DNA of 63,367 nucleotides, the filler included, from Vannella sp. (lineage: Eukaryota), in the NCBI GenBank assembly GCA_023345925.1. It is 8 parts of 8 records of this genome, joined end to end, with 100 filler letters (N's around TTAATTAATTAA, not from the genome) between each part and the next. Parts side by side here need not be neighbours in the genome. Positions count along the whole stretch, not along the records: positions 54,209 to 63,367 come from JAJQQN010000441.1; 7 more parts are not named here. One strand, 5' to 3'. The notes under the pieces are model-generated. The model ran no database searches, had not been told where the DNA came from, and worked only from the letters and a program-made list of their open reading frames with translations. Shown here one piece after another: positions 57,604 through 63,367 of this stretch (the stretch's first letter is position 1; every line of letters starts with the position of its first letter). Made by a program: the position numbers and the translations under genes.

Positions 57604-58643
57604 ATGGGGTTGGAGGAGGGCGACCACCCTCCTTCGACAGTCTTGGCTGTGGAGGCTCAGCAGGACTCTTTAGCATCTCGAGTAATGTACTCTGCTGCTG
57701 CTGGGCTTTCTGCAGGCTTTGCAGCGGCTGTACTGTTCTGTCCAATGTGAGGGAGCTGGTTTAGGGTTCAACGGGAGGGGAAACTCATCCTCCTCTTCGT
57801 AGTGACGTCTTACGAGTTCGCTTGGCTGTCAAGTCCACAGGAGAGATGACGCCAATCGCATTGGCAAGGCTCATGCTTCGAACGGAAGGGGTTACTTCCT
57901 TCTACAGTGGACTCTCCGCCACCCTTCTGGTTCGTCCGGGAGCTGGTATCCTTCTCTATTCGCTCACTTGAAGGTTACAGGCTCTTGGACCCAACTGGGC
58001 AATCTACTTTGCCTCGTACGAGTCGTTAAAGCAAGGACTGAACCGACGGGTGGGACTGAAAGATGGGGCCGCGCTGCACATCTGCTCGGCTGTTGGAGCT
58101 GCTGTCATCACTGACTTTCTTACCAACCCACTATGGATGGTCAAAACTAGGCTACAGACGCAAGGCCTTCGCCAACAAGCGCCACAGTATCGCGGAGCCT
58201 TCCACGCCTTCCAAACTATCATTCGGACGGAGGGAGTGGGCACGCTCTGGGCAGGTGTAACAGCACAACTACTTGGCTGCGTGCACGTGGCCATCCAGTT
58301 CCCGATGTATGAGTACCTGAAGAAGCGGCTGCAAGCCCAGAAGACGTCCTCCTCCACAACAGACACATTGTTGGCGGCCTCTGTTTCCAAAACAGTGGCC
58401 AGTGTGGTGGCTTACCCGCATGAGGTGCTGAGGACAAGACTTCAATTCCAAAAGAAGTCAGATACGGGTCACTACACCAGCCTGCGCCACGCATGCTCCC
58501 AGATCTGGCGAGAAGAAGGCTTCCTCGCCTTCTACAAAGGCATTGGCACCAATCTCTTCCGGGTGGTTCCTTCTTGCGCGCTCACCTTTGTTGTGTACGA
58601 GTTCTCTGCTCGCCACCTCAAGCAGTGGAAAGCATCCCGTTGA
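57604..58643 (+). CDS. Mitochondrial carrier, NAD+/folate transporter subfamily
   Basis: CPI|DVLRVRL, PNWAIYF..Y, TNPLWMVKTRLQTQ, HVAIQFPMYEYLK, YPHEVLRTRLQ. Introns at 57747-57802 and about 57930-57980. Confidence 0.92.
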
Positions 58644-58763
58644 GAGGGGACATTCCCTGACTTAGTGAGCTCCCAATCCGGCTCTTTTGTAAATTAGAAA
58701 GTCTAAACGAATCCAGTTCTATTGGGAAGCGGAAGGGGACACTGAGGGGGTGCGTCCTAACAA

Positions 58764-61700
58764 TTAGCGGTTGAAAGCAGAGTTGGCCCACTTGCGGTAG
58801 TCGAAGCCACCCTCGACACCTTCGTAGGCAGGCATCTCCTTGAGGAGGTAGTCGACCTTGTCGTTCTCCATGCCCGATCGGCGGAGATCGTCAGCGGTGA
58901 TGAAGTCCTTATCACCAGCCAGATCCTTGAAGGCAGCGCTGACCTCGTTCTCGGTGGTGGTGTCGGAAGTGATCTTGATCATGTGAGCAAGGAAGTCCTC
59001 GAAACCAACCTGAGAGACCTCTTCGCCAGCCTTCTCGACCTTGACGTGAGCGAGGGAAGACATGAGGCTCTCCATCTGGGTATCGGTGGGATCCTCACCC
59101 AAGGATTGCAAGCAACTCTTGAACTCGCTGGTGTTGAGAGAGTTGTTGTGGTTCTTGTCGAAGTGAGCGAACACCTCCTTGAACTCAGCAATCTGCTCAG
59201 GAGAAGCAGTGGAGTTCTTCTTGGCGAGGATCTCCTTCTCGATGAGAGACTCCTTGGTCTTCTTGCTGCTGGAGAGCTCAGCAACACGAGCGCGGATGGA
59301 AGGCACGTTCTTGTCAGTGTGGGGGTTCACGCGCACATCATCGGCAGCGAGCTTCTCGGCGATTTGAGACAACTCCTCGACGAAAGCATTGCCAGCCTCG
59401 ACGTCAAGGGATTGGATAGAGGCCAACTGAGACTCGAGATCTCCAGAATCGGAGGCCAGAGTGGCAGTGGACTGAGCCAACCAGGCATCAGCCTCAGCAG
59501 CCTTGTCAGCGAACTGTCTGCAACGGGTGTCGTTCTCGTTCTGCTTGACGAGGGCAGCCTCGAGCTGAGTCTTGCGAGACTCTGAACTGGCCTGAGTCTG
59601 TTCCCAGCGAGCGCGTGTGTTAGTGACAGTGACCGTGACACCGAGGGCGCTGAGGTCATCGCACTCCTTGACGATCTCGTCGAGGGCAGACTGTTTGCCT
59701 TGGAAGGTGGAGACGGTAGCGGCGTACTCCTTCTGCAAGTCCTCAACAGCTTGGATGGTGCTAACGTTGATGGGATCGGTGAGAACGTCCTGGATGGAGT
59801 CGAGGTACATAACGAGGTCCTTGCACTTGAACTCGAAGTCCAAACGGCGTTGCTCGAGCTCTTGCTTCTCTTGCCACTTCTTCTCGTTATCTCCCTCTCG
59901 CTGAAGGAACTCTTCCTCCTCCTTGAAGAAAGCCAAACTGTTGTTGACAGTGTTGGTGACTTGCTGCAATCGCTTCTGCAGAGCAAGAATAGTGTAGGGG
60001 GTGTACGCGTTGCTGTAGATTCCCTTTCCACGCATCTCGGTGTTGCAGTTGTTGAGCTCCTCCAGACGGCTCTGGCTGTCGGTGCCTGCATTGAAAATGC
60101 CGCTGACAGCTTGGGCTTTCTCTTGGGGAGTTCCGCTGACACCCTTGATCGCAGTCTTCTGCTCCTCAAGGTGGTCGACGAAGGATTGTGCCTTGTCGGC
60201 CCAAGCCTTGCGCTCAACATCGTACTCCTTTTGGCGTTCGAGTTCCTGGTTGTAGGCAGAGCGGCGAGCATCGATGGCCTGTTGGAGCTCAGAGGCGGAG
60301 CCCTCAATGTCATCAACGGTCTTATCAGAGTGAGCGTTGTCGGTGATGTTGTTGCTCTTGATCTCGGCATCCGCAGCGCGGACAGCCTCCTTCTTCTCGT
60401 TAGATTGAGCAAGGAACTCAGCATCACTCTGGTCAAGCTTGGCAGCGGTCTGCTCCACGGCTTCCAGGGTAGTTCCGAAGTTCTGGTCTTCGAGGGCAAA
60501 CTTGGCGTTGCGGACAAAGTCGATGTAGTCGCTGGCCTTCTTGCTGAAGTCGATGCGGAGGCTTTCCTTCTTTTCTTGCACGTCATTCTCAGCCTTGAGA
60601 GTGTCACGCTTGGTTCCGGCATTGGCCTTCACGCTGTCCAACTTTCCTTCGAGAGAGACGATGCGCTCGTCAAGCTCAGCTTCCTTGCTGTACTTGAGGG
60701 ACTTGATATCAACAGCGCGAGCCTTGATAGCCTCGAGACGCTTGGTGCTGTTCACAACATCCTCGTCGAACACGTCCATAGTGAGAAGCTTCATGCGGGA
60801 CTCATCAAGGGTGGTGATGGTGTCCTGCTGCGCAAGGGTGGACTCGTGGCTCTCGATCTTCTTCTGGAGCTCATCAGCTTCAGAGTTGAAGAACTTGACT
60901 TGCATGAAGATGTTCTCTTGGCGAGACACCTCTTCGTTGATGCTGTCCTCCCATGTCTTCTCAACAGCAGCCATTTCCTCCCACTTTCCGTCAACGTTCT
61001 CGATCTTCAAGTCGTCAATGGGCACAAAGGCGGGGCGGGAGTTGGCCTCCTGGTTGGATTGAATAGTTTGGTAGAGGCTCTTCAGGTTGAGGCGATCCAA
61101 TCCCTTTTGGGCACGCTCGGTTGTCTTGTATGTAGTCCACTTGGCCTTCACACTGCGAGCACCCTCAAGGGTGTTGTCGAACTCTCCCTGAATGTTGGGC
61201 TGAGCGGCAGCAATCCAGTCGATAAGCTTGCGAGCCTTCTCGTTGTACTCCTTCTTGAGCTTGTCTTCCTCTTGGAGACCAGCGATTCTCTCACGGATGT
61301 GGCGAGCGAGAGTATCGTTGTTCACCTTAAGAATGGGAAGGGTGTAGGGAGTGTGGCGGTTCTCCATGATACCCATGCGGGCCATCTCATCTTGAAGACC
61401 AGAGAGAGCTGCGAGCTTCTCCTGCTCTGGCTTGCCTCCGCCGTAAGTAGAGTTGATGGACTGGATAAGCTCCTCTGGCTCTCCTTGAAGGCCATCAATC
61501 TCCTTGGTGCGAGTGCCCAAGTTGTCGACAAACTCCTGTGCTTGTCCAGCAAACTCCTTGCGCTTCTCTTCGTTTGCCTTCTGGCGCTCGAGTTCAGCAG
61601 CATATGCCTTGCGGCGCTCTCCAAGAGCCTCGCCAACTCGTCCATGAAGGGAAGCGATGTCCTCATTGGTGAAGACAGTGTAGGGGTTGGAAGTGATGCC

Positions 61701-63332
61701 AGCCTTCTGCTCCTGGTCCCAAAGGTCGTCCAGGTTCCTCTTCTTCTCATCGTTGGTGGAGTTGATGGTGGAGTCCTCCTGGTCCAAGTCGGAGGCATAC
61801 TTCTCGACACCCTCAAGAGAGTCTGGGAAAGCGGTGGAGGAAACATCTCCAGTGGTGTCCTTAACCCAAAGATTGTACTCCTTGGCGGCGTTAGCGAACT
61901 TCTTTCGGAGCTCCTCCATCTGTTGCTGGCGAGCGAAGCCGTCGTTGAGGCTGGCGGCCTTCTTGTTGACCAAGTCATTGAGAGCATCGAAGTCGCTTTG
62001 GATCTTGTTGGCACGGTCGGTGATAGAATCCTTGTCCTTGCCGTTGGCATTTGAGTATTCGTCCTTGATGGCGTGCAGATCTCGGAGACGAGACTTGTTC
62101 TGCTCATACTCTTGGCGGAATGCCTCAAGAGCCTTAAGCTTCTGTTCAGCAGCTTCCAAGTTGTCAACAGAGTCCTCCTTGTTCAATTCGTCCTGGTTCT
62201 GTTTGATCCAGTCCTCCAACTGGACGGCCTTGCTGTTGAAGCGGCGAGCCAGCAGGTCAAGCATTTGTTGACGGGCAAGCTCAGCCAAGAGTGCCTCTTC
62301 ACGAGCCTGTTGAGCACGCTCAAGCTCGGCCCATCGTTCAGCGATGTCCTTGACGGAAAGTCCCTCTGGAGGAACGTAGGCAGGGTGCCCACTGGAAGAC
62401 AGCTTGATTTGGATGGTGTTGTTGAGAGTCTCCAGAGAAAGACGGTCAGCGACCTTGGGTGGTTTCTCTTCGTTCTTGAAGGAGTTAAGGTCGGCGATGA
62501 GCTTCTTAATCTCTTCCAGAGAGTTGCCAAAATCACGTTCTCCGAGTTTCTCTGTGTTCTCCTTCACCCACTTGGTGTGAGAGTCAGCCTTTCCTTCGTA
62601 GTCGTTCTTGAGCTCGTCCATGGTACGGGTCATGTCAACAAGGCGACCGATACGGCGTCCAGCGATTTCGTTTTTGCGGTTAGCAGAGAAGACGTGGTAG
62701 AACTCAGCAATGTAGGTCATCACACTACGCTCATCAGGCTTGGGGACATCAACGAGATCCTCAACATCAAGAAGTTGAGTGATTCCAAGCTCTCTTTCAG
62801 CGATGTCGAAGGCGAGCTTGCAGTTCTCATGGGGCTTGCTTCGGTCCAGAGAGGCGAAGTCGATGAGATCTGGGCGATGGGCGTGAATGAGAGCGCAGAG
62901 TGCCAAACCGTCTTGCCAACTGTTGGTGAAGTTGTCAACCTTGACGTGGTCGTACCCAGCAGTCTTCTTCTTGCACCACAACAGGAGAGCTTCCTTGGCG
63001 TTGAGTTCCTCTTCAGAAATATCGGCAATGGCGAAGCGGAGAATGATAGTCCAGACCATACCGAGGATAAGCTTGAGGTTCTCGTCCACGATGTCCTCAC
63101 TGGAGATACCCCACAGCTTGACACCTTTAGCGGCGATGAACTCGAGACCCTTGTTGACGTTCTGGATTTTGTGGATCTTCATCTTGGGGTTGTTGTTGTA
63201 CTTGCCGAGGGAGTCAGAAGAGATAACTTCAAGCAGTTGAATGAGCAGGATACCATCTCCGAAGTCCTTTTGGATGTCTTCCAGCTTCTTTCCGCGCTTG
63301 CCAAGGTGCATGTTGCACCATTTGGTAAACAC
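58764..63332 (-). CDS. Alpha-actinin-like actin cross-linker with extended spectrin-repeat rod, 5'-partial
   Basis: Tandem CH domains (FTKWCN, LILGMVWTIILRF, WQDGLALCALIH, PDERSVMTY), about 1150 aa of rod, and C-terminal EF hands. A splice acceptor at 63333 places the first exon outside the window. Confidence 0.95.
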   Translation of the reverse strand: MFTKWCNMHLGKRGKKLEDIQKDFGDGILLIQLLEVISSDSLGKYNNNPKMKIHKIQNVNKGLEFIAAKGVKLWGISSEDIVDENLKLILGMVWTIILRFAIADISEEELNAKEALLLWCKKKTAGYDHVKVDNFTNSWQDGLALCALIHAHRPDLIDFASLDRSKPHENCKLAFDIAERELGITQLLDVEDLVDVPKPDERSVMTYIAEFYHVFSANRKNEIAGRRIGRLVDMTRTMDELKNDYEGKADSHTKWVKENTEKLGERDFGNSLEEIKKLIADLNSFKNEEKPPKVADRLSLETLNNTIQIKLSSSGHPAYVPPEGLSVKDIAERWAELERAQQAREEALLAELARQQMLDLLARRFNSKAVQLEDWIKQNQDELNKEDSVDNLEAAEQKLKALEAFRQEYEQNKSRLRDLHAIKDEYSNANGKDKDSITDRANKIQSDFDALNDLVNKKAASLNDGFARQQQMEELRKKFANAAKEYNLWVKDTTGDVSSTAFPDSLEGVEKYASDLDQEDSTINSTNDEKKRNLDDLWDQEQKAGITSNPYTVFTNEDIASLHGRVGEALGERRKAYAAELERQKANEEKRKEFAGQAQEFVDNLGTRTKEIDGLQGEPEELIQSINSTYGGGKPEQEKLAALSGLQDEMARMGIMENRHTPYTLPILKVNNDTLARHIRERIAGLQEEDKLKKEYNEKARKLIDWIAAAQPNIQGEFDNTLEGARSVKAKWTTYKTTERAQKGLDRLNLKSLYQTIQSNQEANSRPAFVPIDDLKIENVDGKWEEMAAVEKTWEDSINEEVSRQENIFMQVKFFNSEADELQKKIESHESTLAQQDTITTLDESRMKLLTMDVFDEDVVNSTKRLEAIKARAVDIKSLKYSKEAELDERIVSLEGKLDSVKANAGTKRDTLKAENDVQEKKESLRIDFSKKASDYIDFVRNAKFALEDQNFGTTLEAVEQTAAKLDQSDAEFLAQSNEKKEAVRAADAEIKSNNITDNAHSDKTVDDIEGSASELQQAIDARRSAYNQELERQKEYDVERKAWADKAQSFVDHLEEQKTAIKGVSGTPQEKAQAVSGIFNAGTDSQSRLEELNNCNTEMRGKGIYSNAYTPYTILALQKRLQQVTNTVNNSLAFFKEEEEFLQREGDNEKKWQEKQELEQRRLDFEFKCKDLVMYLDSIQDVLTDPINVSTIQAVEDLQKEYAATVSTFQGKQSALDEIVKECDDLSALGVTVTVTNTRARWEQTQASSESRKTQLEAALVKQNENDTRCRQFADKAAEADAWLAQSTATLASDSGDLESQLASIQSLDVEAGNAFVEELSQIAEKLAADDVRVNPHTDKNVPSIRARVAELSSSKKTKESLIEKEILAKKNSTASPEQIAEFKEVFAHFDKNHNNSLNTSEFKSCLQSLGEDPTDTQMESLMSSLAHVKVEKAGEEVSQVGFEDFLAHMIKITSDTTTENEVSAAFKDLAGDKDFITADDLRRSGMENDKVDYLLKEMPAYEGVEGGFDYRKWANSAFNR

Positions 63333-63367
63333 CTTTCCCGAGCATCAGAATACGTCACAAGGAAGGT

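Noticed and set aside
57847..58643. Apparently N-truncated mitochondrial carrier
   Set aside because: The missing first helix is found in an upstream exon starting at 57604, so the gene is complete.
59700..62054. 784-aa plus-strand ORF (and other long antisense or alternative-frame ORFs)
   Set aside because: It lies antisense to the alpha-actinin-like gene and has no recognisable domains. Strong codon bias in the real gene explains it as a shadow ORF.

Overview
Gene-dense eukaryotic nuclear DNA, most likely from an amoebozoan-type protist. This taxonomic call is an inference from the ankyrin-Sec7-PH SecG-like gene, the hybrid histidine kinase, the GPS-motif surface proteins and the ~45-60 nt GT-AG introns. 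The window is eight contigs joined by artificial 100-nt linkers (N44-TTAATTAATTAA-N44), so adjacency across linkers is meaningless. It holds about 28 genes or gene fragments, including SPT2-like, a Qc-SNARE, ALKBH8, ERCC1, GlnRS, MRI1, PNO1, METTL23-like, TBCK-like, two mitochondrial carriers, a RhoGEF, a large UBC/E2 and an extended alpha-actinin. The best candidate for an undescribed system is a ~70-75 aa repeat (P.GYW....NqR.F.d.l...l.i....DW..V....i...GG..LL..y......L...YP...W). It occurs 8 times in front of a Vsr/DUF559-like PD-(D/E)xK nuclease (16696-18924) and once in front of a minimal ATP-dependent DNA ligase (30186-31394). Both genes are intronless and have Arg-rich presequence-like N-termini, suggesting an organelle-targeted cut-and-seal toolkit. 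Other signals missed by the ORF track are an intergenic box C/D snoRNA with a U38/snR61-type LSU rRNA guide, a helical-domain + retropepsin gene split by a (GAACG)3 microsatellite, single-anchor proteins with intact versus dead GPS autoproteolysis motifs, and frameshifted Ras and CRAL-TRIO copies. All family assignments come from motif recognition by eye; no database searches were run.
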